From contig OZ244188.1 of the NCBI GenBank assembly GCA_965216635.1, forward strand, positions 1,664,001-1,728,000: a stretch of DNA of 64,000 nt. Reading direction: 5' to 3'. Every line of letters begins with the position of its first letter. The first letter of the stretch is position 1. Origin of the DNA: a bacterium (lineage in GTDB: Bacteria > SAR324 > XYD2-FULL-50-16 > G965216635). The notes under the pieces are model-generated. The model made no database searches and was not told the DNA's origin. It saw only the letters and a list, made by a program, of their open reading frames with translations. Shown piece by piece: positions 55,322 to 64,000 of the stretch. A program made the position numbers and the translations under genes.

Positions 55322-56560
55322 ATGAATACTTTGTTAAAAATAACCCTCTTTGCTTTTTTGGTGTCCATTTTTTCTTGCTCTTCCTCCAAAAATACAGATA
55401 AGGCAAAAGAGTGGGGTCCAGGAGTAGAGAAATTTCTGATTCCACTCACTTTTCCCGATTCCGAATGGTCTGCTGAAGATTTTGGAAAACAAACCACACA
55501 AGCAGAGAAAAAAATCCTACAAAAATTTCTACCTAGAATTTACATCGCAAAAAATTCTCTCGTTCCTTTGGATTTTTACCAAGAATACTTGCCCCAATCT
55601 GTTTTAAAAGGCGGATCAAAAAAAAACGTAAGTGCGACCTCTTCGGGCAAAAAAATTAACCGCAAGCAACTCAAAGCAGTGGAGAGAAGCGCGGGCTATT
55701 TTTTAGATTATCAAGGAGAGTTTAAAAAATGTATTTTACCAGAATGCGCCTTAAAAACCCGCAGCATCTACGGCAGAGTGTTTTATGAAGATATGTTGCC
55801 TCCTAAAAAATACCAAAGTGAAGAAAAAATTTCTTTTACGGTCTTAAAATATAACCTTGTTTTTGCAGCCAGCGGTCTACCATTCAAGATGAGTTGGTAT
55901 AAAAATTTTGGTACTGCCTTAATAGGCGACAGAGAAAATTGGCACGAATTGGATATACACGGAGCTATCCAAATTTTAGTTTCTAAAAAAACAGGTATTC
56001 CTGAAGTTTTACTTTTGGCTCAACACAACCATTTCCGTAGTTATGCCATAGGCAAAGACATCTTGCTGCCAAAAGACAATAGAATAGAAATTTGTATTGC
56101 TATCCGCTCTAACGAACCCTACCTTTGTGCGGAAACAACAAAGCTATTTCGCACCGTGGGTAATCCTAATAAATTTGAATTTGTGCTAGGAGGTAAGGCA
56201 TCTTTTTTTGATGGAGGCTACGACTTAGTAGAAGCAAAACAAACCTCTGTCATGCAAAAACTACAATTAAAATTTTTACCCTCAAGAGACCCTCTTTATA
56301 CAAGCTGGATTGATTTGGGAGGTAAAAACAAAATTTTGGGAATTTTTCCTTCTTTTTTTAGAAGCGCTCCTCCCGGTATTAATATGAATACTACTCCTAA
56401 ACTAAAAAAATATACTGATATAGCAAAGGTGTGGTATTTTTTAGAAAAGGACCAGCAACAAATAAAACTGTTTAATGAAATGGGAAGTTTTTTTGATCCG
56501 AACTTAGGTCCTCTTTTGGAGTATAATGGGGGGCGGTTGTGGGAAGCTCTAAGGCATTAG
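55322..56560 (+). CDS. Lipoprotein, unknown function
   Basis: Lipobox IFSC; conserved-looking WHELDIHG, LAQHNH, RSNEPY. Confidence 0.75.
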   Translation: MNTLLKITLFAFLVSIFSCSSSKNTDKAKEWGPGVEKFLIPLTFPDSEWSAEDFGKQTTQAEKKILQKFLPRIYIAKNSLVPLDFYQEYLPQSVLKGGSKKNVSATSSGKKINRKQLKAVERSAGYFLDYQGEFKKCILPECALKTRSIYGRVFYEDMLPPKKYQSEEKISFTVLKYNLVFAASGLPFKMSWYKNFGTALIGDRENWHELDIHGAIQILVSKKTGIPEVLLLAQHNHFRSYAIGKDILLPKDNRIEICIAIRSNEPYLCAETTKLFRTVGNPNKFEFVLGGKASFFDGGYDLVEAKQTSVMQKLQLKFLPSRDPLYTSWIDLGGKNKILGIFPSFFRSAPPGINMNTTPKLKKYTDIAKVWYFLEKDQQQIKLFNEMGSFFDPNLGPLLEYNGGRLWEALRH

Positions 56561-56572
56561 GAGACTATTGAA

Positions 56573-57508
56573 TTAGTTTTTTAAAAAATCATCAATAAAA
56601 CCTAATTTCTCGTCGTCAGAAAATTCACAGCTATTTCTCCAATGAACATCCTTTATTCTTTTATACCATGTTCTTTGTCTTTTAGCCAATTGGCGGCTTT
56701 TTTGTTGTATTTCTTGAATCATCGCTTGTTTTTTTAAGCTGTTTTTTGGAGAGTCCGATTGTAAAAAATCTACAACCTGCTTATAGCCAATGGAAAAAAG
56801 CGCTGGACTGCTGACAGAATAATTTTTTAAGATGGAGTCCACCTCTTTTATCCAACCCGCTTGAAACATATCCAATACTCTTTGATTGATTCTGTAGTTT
56901 GCTTCTTCTTTAGAAATTTTTATTCCTATAAATAGAGTTTGGTAATATTCTTTTTTTTTTTGGCTTTCGTGAAAAGAAAAAATACTTTTCCCACTACTTA
57001 AAAACACTTCTAGAGCCCTCAAAATTCTCTGGCTATCTTTAGGGTGGATTTTTTTTGCTGCCAACGGATCCTTTTCTTGCAATTTTTGGTATCCCAGCCC
57101 TTTCTCAAAAAAATTTTTTGCTTGAAGTTTGGTTTTTTTACTTATAGCGGGCAAACTAGCCATACCATAAATCAAAGAACGAACATAAAGCCAATTTCCT
57201 CCAATAAGAATAGGAATTTTTTTTTTTTGATAAATGCAATCTATCGCTTGAGCAGCATCACGAATAAATTTTCCTGCACTATAAATTTGGTCTGGCTCTA
57301 TCATATCAACCAAATGGTGCGGTATTTTTTTTAATAGCTCTGGACTAGGTTTTGCCGAGCCTATATCTAGTTTTTTATAAATTTGCACAGAATCCGAAGA
57401 AATAATCTCACCACCAAACCCCATTTTTTTTAGTTTTTCTACAAGTTTAAGAGAAATTTCTGTCTTACCGCTCGCAGTTGTTCCTAAAAGAACCAAAAGT
57501 TTTTTCAT
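56573..57508 (-). CDS. miaA: tRNA dimethylallyltransferase
   Basis: GTTASGKT, SDSVQIYKKLDIGSAKP, RILRALEV, IGYKQ, AKRQRTW; follows mutL. Confidence 0.95.
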   Translation of the reverse strand: MKKLLVLLGTTASGKTEISLKLVEKLKKMGFGGEIISSDSVQIYKKLDIGSAKPSPELLKKIPHHLVDMIEPDQIYSAGKFIRDAAQAIDCIYQKKKIPILIGGNWLYVRSLIYGMASLPAISKKTKLQAKNFFEKGLGYQKLQEKDPLAAKKIHPKDSQRILRALEVFLSSGKSIFSFHESQKKKEYYQTLFIGIKISKEEANYRINQRVLDMFQAGWIKEVDSILKNYSVSSPALFSIGYKQVVDFLQSDSPKNSLKKQAMIQEIQQKSRQLAKRQRTWYKRIKDVHWRNSCEFSDDEKLGFIDDFLKN

Positions 57509-57566
57509 TTTTGAGGCTTTTGCGTCAGTAGTGGTAGACTTTCTCTAAATTTTAGTTGTTCCGCTC

Positions 57567-59654
57567 TTATGCTCTTTTAAAAATTCTATCCAACTCCTTC
57601 TCTTCACGAAAAACAATTACAGGACGGCCGTGAGGACAGTAAAGATCTACTCCCGAACTATAAAGTTGCAAAATAAGATTTTTCATCTCTTGATGACTCA
57701 TTTGGTTGACTCCTGTTTGCCCGCGAATAGAAGAATGGCAAGCCATAGTTTGTAGACAAGAGAGGATAAATTGCTGTTGCTCTCCCATCTTACCGAAAAT
57801 TTGCCATTCATCCAAAACTTCTAAGATGAAGTCTCTAATGACTTTTTCTTGATTTTTATCGTTTCTCAAAATAGAAGGAATTTCTTTGATAGAAATATCT
57901 CCATTTCCAAAATCTTCCACTTCAAAACCTATAGAATGCCAAAAATGGGCTTGCTCTTGAATGCTTTGAGCTTCTTTGGGAGAAAAAGAAACCAAGAAAG
58001 GATTGAGTAAAATATAACTTTCTAATCTTTTTTTTTTCTCCTGATTGCCTTGATAGATTTTTTTAAGTTCTTCAAAACGGATTCTCTCGTGAGCAGCGTG
58101 AACATCTACAATAGCTAAACGCCGCTCAATAACAGCAAAAAGGTATTTAGTAAATACACCTAAAATAGAACAAAAAGGCACCCGCTCTTTGCGGACTTCC
58201 GCCTCATTTGTCTCTTTAGGGGACAAATCGGAGGCGGGTGAATTTACTTCTGCAGCAGCTGTTTTTTTGAAACCTTCCTTTAAAATATCACTTCCCTTCA
58301 AAATAGACGAATTCAAAGCGAAATTTTCTAAACTCTGCGAAACTCTGCTGTCCTGAATTCTACTGCTAAAATTTTCGTCTTGAGGATAAAAATCAGCCGC
58401 AGAGGATTCTTTAATAAAACTTGAATCCAATTCTTGTTTTTTAGATATTTCTCTGTTAAATATTTCTTTGCTAGAAAAAGGAGAGCCAAAAGACGCCGTT
58501 TGAGTGGGGCTTTGAGGAGCAGTATTTTGTGCCCCAATATTTTCAGCAGTATTTTGTGCCCCAATATTTTCTGGAGTATTTTGTGCCCCAATATTTTCTG
58601 GAGTATTTTGTGCCCCAATATTTTCTGGAAACATCTTATCTGGGGGCATTTTGTAACGTTCTCTAGATTGAGTACGTAATTGCGATTGAATTTGCTCGCT
58701 GATAATCGTCTGCACTAGTTGATGATTTTTTAAGCGAACTGCGATTTTAGCAGGATGCACATTTACGTCTATTTCTTCAGGAGCTAAAATCAATTTAATT
58801 AAATAAACGGGGTGCATTTGGCGAGGTAGCAGACTTCCATAACCTTTATAAATAGCTTTACTAATGTAACTATTTCTTATATGTCTGCCATTGATATACT
58901 CGTACTGCATTTTTTTATTGATGCGGCAAAAATCGGGCAACGAAATATAGCCTTCAAAGTTAAGATAGGATTCTTGATGTTTTAAGAAAATAAAATTTTC
59001 CACTATTTTTTTTCCTAAACAATCTGTCAGCCTCTGGGTAAAGTCTTTTCTCTTCGGCAACTCTAAAAGAGTTTTTTTTTCGTCTAAAAGCCGAAATTCT
59101 ATTTCAGGATGCACAAGAGCAAAACAGATAATTTCGCTATATATTTTGTCTATTTCGCTTTTTATAGGTCTAAGAAATTTTAAGCGGGCGGGAATATTTT
59201 GAAAAATATTTTTTACCACAACTCTAGAGCCTCTAGAAAACCCCGTATAAGTTTCAGAGGTTTTTTTACCAAAATCCAAACAAAGACTAAACCCAGCTTC
59301 TTCATCGCTTTCACTTGTAGTGATCTCTAGTTCTGAAACAGAAGCAATGGCAGCTAGCGCTTCTCCGCGAAATCCAAGGCTACAAATGGAATAAAGCTCG
59401 GCTATGTTTCTGATTTTACTCGTAGCGTGCCGTTCTACAGCTAAACGACAATCATCGGCATTCATACCCTTCCCGTCGTCTAGCACTTGAATAAAATCTC
59501 TGCCTCCATTTTTCACACTAACCATAATTTTGGAAGCTTCAGCGTCTATGGAGTTTTCTACAAGCTCTTTGATAACAGAAAAAGGACTTTCTACAACTTC
59601 ACCTGCAGCGATTTGATTGATAAGATTTTCTGGAAGTTTTTGGATCTGTTGCAT
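57567..59654 (-). CDS. mutL: DNA mismatch repair endonuclease MutL
   Basis: NQIAAGEVVE, KELVENSIDA, RHATSK, GFRGEAL, DVNVHP, DVHAAHERIRFE, ACH, CPHGRP; start taken at ATG 59654. Confidence 0.96.
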   Translation of the reverse strand: MQQIQKLPENLINQIAAGEVVESPFSVIKELVENSIDAEASKIMVSVKNGGRDFIQVLDDGKGMNADDCRLAVERHATSKIRNIAELYSICSLGFRGEALAAIASVSELEITTSESDEEAGFSLCLDFGKKTSETYTGFSRGSRVVVKNIFQNIPARLKFLRPIKSEIDKIYSEIICFALVHPEIEFRLLDEKKTLLELPKRKDFTQRLTDCLGKKIVENFIFLKHQESYLNFEGYISLPDFCRINKKMQYEYINGRHIRNSYISKAIYKGYGSLLPRQMHPVYLIKLILAPEEIDVNVHPAKIAVRLKNHQLVQTIISEQIQSQLRTQSRERYKMPPDKMFPENIGAQNTPENIGAQNTPENIGAQNTAENIGAQNTAPQSPTQTASFGSPFSSKEIFNREISKKQELDSSFIKESSAADFYPQDENFSSRIQDSRVSQSLENFALNSSILKGSDILKEGFKKTAAAEVNSPASDLSPKETNEAEVRKERVPFCSILGVFTKYLFAVIERRLAIVDVHAAHERIRFEELKKIYQGNQEKKKRLESYILLNPFLVSFSPKEAQSIQEQAHFWHSIGFEVEDFGNGDISIKEIPSILRNDKNQEKVIRDFILEVLDEWQIFGKMGEQQQFILSCLQTMACHSSIRGQTGVNQMSHQEMKNLILQLYSSGVDLYCPHGRPVIVFREEKELDRIFKRA
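58521..58628. repeat. 27-bp in-frame VNTR x4 in the MutL linker
   Basis: Encodes (P/A)ENIGAQNT four times. Confidence 0.9.
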
Positions 59655-59685
59655 GGCTCTTTTTGATTTTTTCAAACAGCAGTTT

Positions 59686-60474
59686 TTAGGCGATTTTTTC
59701 TTTTCTTAAAAAAATATAAGTATCTTTTGAGGATTCTGCGTTAGAAAAAGCATAGCCTTTGTAGTTAAAATCTTTAAGGTCTGTTATTTTTTCAATGTTA
59801 TTTTCTACAACAAACCTAGCCATCAAGCCGCGTGCTTTTTTGGCGAAAAATTGAATAAACCTAAACTTTCCATTCTTAAAATCCTTAAAAACAATTTTAT
59901 AAACCTGAGATTTTAATTTTTCTTTTGCAAGAGCTGCAAAATATTCCTCGCTTGCTAGATTTATAAGCGGTTCATTTTCTGCTAGTTCTTTGTTTAAAAA
60001 TTCTGTTAAAGCAGTCTTCCAAAAGCTATGTAAATTTTGGTGTCTGCCTACTTTTAGCTGTGTTCCCATTTCCAAACGGTAGGCTTGGATTAAATCCAAA
60101 GGTTTTAAAATTCCATAAAGCCCAGATAAAATTCGCACCTTATCTTGCAGAACTAAAATTTTCTCTTGCGGTAGACTATAGACGTCTAGCCCCAGATAGA
60201 CATCTCCTTTAAAAGCAAAAACAGCCTGTCTAAAATTTTTTTGGAGGATTTCTTTTCTAGAGAAAGGAGGTTGCCAATTTTGATTTCTCTCCCAATTTAA
60301 TTGAGCTAGTTTTTCGGAAATATTCATTAGACGGGTTAATTGTTTAGGAGTCTTTCTAACTAGACTTCCGTGTATAATTTCAGCCTGTTCTAAAAAAGTA
60401 GCTTGTGAAAAACTACCCGTTGGAATAGCTGATTTAAAATCCAAAGCTTTCGCTGGCGAAATGATAAGTTTCAT
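59686..60474 (-). CDS. yaaA: Peroxide stress protein YaaA (UPF0246)
   Basis: IISPAKALD, AFKGDVY, ILSGLYG, YRLEMG, INLASEEY, AKKARGLMARF. Confidence 0.95.
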   Translation of the reverse strand: MKLIISPAKALDFKSAIPTGSFSQATFLEQAEIIHGSLVRKTPKQLTRLMNISEKLAQLNWERNQNWQPPFSRKEILQKNFRQAVFAFKGDVYLGLDVYSLPQEKILVLQDKVRILSGLYGILKPLDLIQAYRLEMGTQLKVGRHQNLHSFWKTALTEFLNKELAENEPLINLASEEYFAALAKEKLKSQVYKIVFKDFKNGKFRFIQFFAKKARGLMARFVVENNIEKITDLKDFNYKGYAFSNAESSKDTYIFLRKEKIA

Positions 60475-61702
60475 TTTTTACAATCTTTTTGTTTTTTCTC
60501 TGGCATATAAATTCTTCAGTTTTGTTTTTTCCTAAGTGCTTTGCTATATTTTTAAATATAGATTCTGCAAATAAATTTTTATTGATTTCAATACCAACCC
60601 CTATACGCCCCATTTTTTGAGCCTGTATTGCGCTAGTAAAACTACCAGCAAACGGATCTAATACAATTTCATTTTTCCCTGTTAGCATTTTTATTGCGAA
60701 CTCTGGTATTTCAAAAGGGAACGGTGCAGTATGTCCTAGTATATTTTCCCCATTGCTATTTATTTTTCTGACTGTATTAATTTTGATTATATCCTTATGC
60801 CACTGTTTCACAAAATTAGAGTCAATAATATTCTGTTTGTTTTTTAACGAGTTCATCATCACGCTTCTAGCTGAAAACCGTTTTCCCCTATTGGACACAC
60901 TCCTTTCAAAACATTCCAAATTTTTACATTCCCAAGATTTAATTCCTACCCCAGCATAAGCATTACCATTTACCTTTAAACAACCGCAAACAGGACAAGG
61001 ATAAAGTGCTTTATCTTCTTTATGTTTATAAAATACCATAATATGCTCGTAAGAATTTATAGGGTATTGATAAAGCGGATAAGGATTGTCTCCATTTTTA
61101 TGCCTTTGAGATTCAACTTCTCCTTTATCCCAAATAAAATCATCAATAAATTTAAAATTGCATTCCTCAAAAATTTTAATAAAATAAGCCCCTAACGGTA
61201 TACGCCTAGCCCCCCATTTTGATTTTGTATCTAAATTATCATTTCCAGTTATATCTCCAATATTAAAAACCCAAGCTCTATGATTTTCTAGTGCTCTATA
61301 ACTTTCTTTAATAATTTCTTTCATATCATTTAGATAATCATCTAAATTTTTCCATTGTGAATAATCTCTAGCATTATAGTAAGGCGGCGATGTTACCATC
61401 AGTTGTATGCTTTCCGAGTCCATCTGCTCTAAAGCATTTAGACAATCTCCCCATATTATTTTAACTTTGCTATTGTCTACGGAGATGAAATCAGATAGAT
61501 TTTTATTACTTTTTTTGTATTTTTTTTGTTCTAATTGTTTTCTATAAGAAGAATAAAGAACACAAAATTCAGAAATTGTTTCTTCTCTATTTTTATTTTT
61601 TAGAGATTCTAGCTTATGAATAAACTTGGAGAGTTCGTTTTTATTAAACGACCTTTTGAGATAAGAATCACTTATTTTTAGAATTGTTTCTATGTAAGCC
61701 AT
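60434..61702 (-). CDS. Beta-class DNA methyltransferase (SPPY, probably N4-cytosine) with Cys-rich insertion; no adjacent endonuclease
   Basis: VTSPPYY (motif IV) precedes HTAPFP and VLDPFAGS (motif I); CPVCGC...WECKNLEC insert. Confidence 0.88.
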   Translation of the reverse strand: MAYIETILKISDSYLKRSFNKNELSKFIHKLESLKNKNREETISEFCVLYSSYRKQLEQKKYKKSNKNLSDFISVDNSKVKIIWGDCLNALEQMDSESIQLMVTSPPYYNARDYSQWKNLDDYLNDMKEIIKESYRALENHRAWVFNIGDITGNDNLDTKSKWGARRIPLGAYFIKIFEECNFKFIDDFIWDKGEVESQRHKNGDNPYPLYQYPINSYEHIMVFYKHKEDKALYPCPVCGCLKVNGNAYAGVGIKSWECKNLECFERSVSNRGKRFSARSVMMNSLKNKQNIIDSNFVKQWHKDIIKINTVRKINSNGENILGHTAPFPFEIPEFAIKMLTGKNEIVLDPFAGSFTSAIQAQKMGRIGVGIEINKNLFAESIFKNIAKHLGKNKTEEFICQRKNKKIVKNETYHFASESFGF

Positions 61703-61970
61703 TATCTTTTTATATTCTTAAAATCATTTTTAGTTTATCTTATTTTTAGATATTTTTGCAAATTTTTATCTAAAAAAGTAATCTCAAAAGAATAAACCCT
61801 AATATTTTAGATAAAGCCAGACAGAAAAAATAGCTAGCTAGCAAAGAAAAATAGCTAGACAGCAAAAAAAAAGATTTATTTATTTTCTTTTTTGCTATAG
61901 TTATCTTAATAAGGGTTTGTTTTGAACCTAATTTAGCCTTTGTGGCTTCTTAATTTAATTAAAATTTATA

Positions 61971-63125
61971 ATGAAAAAATCAAATATGAGATTGAAGGTG
62001 GTTGTTTTGCCTCTTATAATATTTATAGCGGCATTTTTCTTTTTTATGCAGGGAGTAGACAGTCTGCGGGCACAGGAAGCTCCAGAGATAGCATCCCAAA
62101 AGGGTTGGTTTGTAGGAGTTAATCCTCTGATTTTTGGGGCGAACAAGATAGAAACCAAAACAACTGTAGTACGCGCAGCAGGAGAACTTGTAGTGAGTGA
62201 TTTGACTGCCGATATTCGTACTAGTTATGGCTTGACCGTTCAGGTACAGCAAATAGCAGTAGATATTTGTGAGGGTAATTTTACAGGTTATGATTTAAAC
62301 AGGTTAGAAATATTATATCTAGCGGAAGATAGAAGCGACGCAACAGACTTCACCTATAATATAACGAATACGGTTCAATATGCTCGTTTTCGCCTCGACG
62401 GAGTAGATTATACATCTCTCACAGGAAATCCAAATGATATTCCTAATCCGTCAACAACCGCAAGCCCCATTGATGACTATGCGTGTAAGCAAGCCTTTGA
62501 TGGATTGCTTTTAGAAGATCAAGCTTCTACTGCTGGCTCTTCAGAAACCAGCAAGGGAAAAGCTCTAGCGGGCAACGGCTTTCAAGTGGGCTACAGAGAC
62601 GGCGACTATAGATATTCTTTCAGCAACTTCTCTTGGGCAGCTGGAGCAGACAAACTAGATTCCCAAGTGCTTTTGCTAGAGTATTTTATAGCTAAGGGTT
62701 TTTCGGCGGGAATAGGAGTGGCGAATGTTAAGCTAGATTCTAGTGCTGGACTTAAATCACAAAGAGCGAATGTTTATAGCTTGAGCTACCATTACCCTAT
62801 CTGGAAAAATCTTTTTGTAGAAGCGAGCTATATGCTTATTTCAGCCGATATTTCCGTGCAAAAAGAAGAAATCATAACATACGATCCAATCACCCAAACA
62901 GATAAAAGGGAGATAGGATTTTTTGGAGCCCCCGATGTAAGTCCTTACACTTCTGTTAGAACTACCGCTTCATATTATGAAACTGGATCGGGTGTATTAA
63001 CCGATCTTAGAACCACCGTCAAACGAACCCAAACCCGAGCAGCTGGCTCAATAAGAACCATAAAATCAGTGGAAATAAAAAACCCAGCTGCCTTTAGAAT
63101 AAATTTCATCTGGCGCTTTCGTTAA
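61971..63125 (+). CDS. Outer-membrane beta-barrel protein with two large variable inserts (tandem copy 1)
   Basis: SLRA/QE; GWFVGVNPLIFG, GNGFQVGY, WAAGADKLDSQV, KGFSAGIGV; terminal RINFIWRFR. Confidence 0.82.
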   Translation: MKKSNMRLKVVVLPLIIFIAAFFFFMQGVDSLRAQEAPEIASQKGWFVGVNPLIFGANKIETKTTVVRAAGELVVSDLTADIRTSYGLTVQVQQIAVDICEGNFTGYDLNRLEILYLAEDRSDATDFTYNITNTVQYARFRLDGVDYTSLTGNPNDIPNPSTTASPIDDYACKQAFDGLLLEDQASTAGSSETSKGKALAGNGFQVGYRDGDYRYSFSNFSWAAGADKLDSQVLLLEYFIAKGFSAGIGVANVKLDSSAGLKSQRANVYSLSYHYPIWKNLFVEASYMLISADISVQKEEIITYDPITQTDKREIGFFGAPDVSPYTSVRTTASYYETGSGVLTDLRTTVKRTQTRAAGSIRTIKSVEIKNPAAFRINFIWRFR

Positions 63126-63195
63126 GGGCGGTTTCGTTAAAGGAGCTTTGTCAAGGAAGCTTCTTTTAAGAACGTAAAACTCGCAGAATTGCAAA

Positions 63196-63276
63196 GGATG
63201 TTTTTTAAAAATCTGCAGGGGATGTTTTTTAAAAATCTGCAGGGGATTTTTTTAAAAATCTGCAGGGGATGTTTTT
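63196..63276. repeat. About 23-bp tandem repeat x3 between the duplicated barrel genes
   Basis: GGATGTTTTTTAAAAATCTGCAGG-type units with variable T-runs. Confidence 0.75.
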
Positions 63277-63502
63277 TTTTCCAAAATGGTTGCTTAGTCA
63301 ACCATTTGGAGCAAAAAATAACGTCCCCGCCAGCATACAAAGAAAAAATAGCTAGCCAAATGGGAAAAAAGGTGCAAAGAAAAATAGCTAGACAGCAAAA
63401 AAAAAAAGATTTATTTATTTTGTTTTTTGCTATAGTTATCTTAATAAGGGTTTGTTTTGAACCTAATTAGCCTTTGGCTTCTTAATTTAATTAAAATTCA
63501 TA

Positions 63503-64000
63503 ATGAAAAAACTAAATATGGGATTGAAGGTGGTTGTTTTGCCTCTTATAATATTTATAGCGGCATTTTTCTTTTTTATGCAGGGAGTAGGCAGTCTGCG
63601 GGCACAGGAAGCTCCAGAGATAGCATCCCAAAAGGGTTGGTTTGTAGGGGTTAATCCTCTGATTTTTGGGGCGAACAAGATAGAAACCAAAACAACTGTA
63701 GTACGCGCAGCAGGAGAACTTGTAGTGAGTGATTTGACTGCCGATATTCGTAAAAATTATAGACTTGACGTTCAGGTACAGCAAATAGCAGTAGATATTT
63801 GTGCGGGTAATTTTACAAGTTATGATTTAAACAGGTTAGAAATATTACATCTGGCGGAGAACAGAAAAGACGCAACAGACTTCACCTATAAGGCAGGGAG
63901 TGTAATTCAATATGCTCGTTTTCACCTCAACGGAGTAGATTATACATCTCTCACAGGAGATCCAAGTGATATTGCTAATTCAAGAATAACCGCAAGCCCC
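63503..64000 (+). CDS. Tandem copy 2 of the variable beta-barrel gene (runs off the window)
   Basis: ATG 63503, MKKLNMGLKVVVLPL...; nearly identical to 61971 up to ADIR, then diverges in the insert; frame open to the window end. Confidence 0.85.
   Translation, partial: MKKLNMGLKVVVLPLIIFIAAFFFFMQGVGSLRAQEAPEIASQKGWFVGVNPLIFGANKIETKTTVVRAAGELVVSDLTADIRKNYRLDVQVQQIAVDICAGNFTSYDLNRLEILHLAENRKDATDFTYKAGSVIQYARFHLNGVDYTSLTGDPSDIANSRITASP

Noticed and set aside
263..57334. Numerous 60-155 aa antisense or shifted-frame ORFs overlapping well-supported genes
   Set aside because: They are shadows of real genes with no recognisable motifs or independent expression signals.
58328..58679. Alternative-frame ORFs with repeated peptides inside mutL
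   Set aside because: By-products of the 27-bp VNTR.
63137..63470. ORFs 63137-63340 (-) and 63189-63470 (+)
   Set aside because: They are translations of the 23-bp tandem repeat and the duplicated upstream region.
62220..64000. Diversity-generating retroelement (TR/VR pair) explaining the barrel paralog differences
   Set aside because: Differences are not confined to adenines of one copy (e.g. TAT/CAT, CCT/GCT, ACA/ATA). Both copies are full genes with their own upstream regions, and no reverse transcriptase is in the window.

Overview
A strongly AT-rich bacterial chromosome segment. It is mostly housekeeping genes: proS, aapJQMP, nadD, tsaE, glpX, aroB, coaD, guaA, msrP, ynjBCD, murB, tRNA-Lys/tRNA-Glu, gshA, argH, alaX, ispA, tlyA, udg, scpA, lolA, dnaB, gltA, miaA, mutL and yaaA. 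Taxonomy cannot be fixed from the sequence alone. Five accessory layers stand out. (1) A six-copy tandem array of DUF1640/CCDC90/Bdr-like membrane-anchored coiled-coil genes. They differ almost only in the number of 7- and 11-residue repeats, and each copy is preceded by a repeat-derived promoter-like sequence. (2) A dispersed family of five outer-membrane beta-barrel genes with conserved strands and large, cysteine-paired, hypervariable inserts, including a recent tandem pair diverging mainly by amino-acid-changing substitutions. (3) About 15 modular palindromic MITE-like elements (TAGACYTTTGAATTT...AAATTCAAARGTCTA). Four of them have exact 5-bp target-site duplications, and no transposase is in the window. 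(4) An unannotated cluster of hydrophobic micropeptide ORFs at 10.8-11.5 kb. (5) A duplicated promoter plus small basic protein module at 33.7-34.5 kb, followed by a truncated VFINCPFD-motif gene. I found no CRISPR array, rRNA, integrase, transposase or reverse transcriptase. All functional calls come from motif recognition by eye; no database searches were run.
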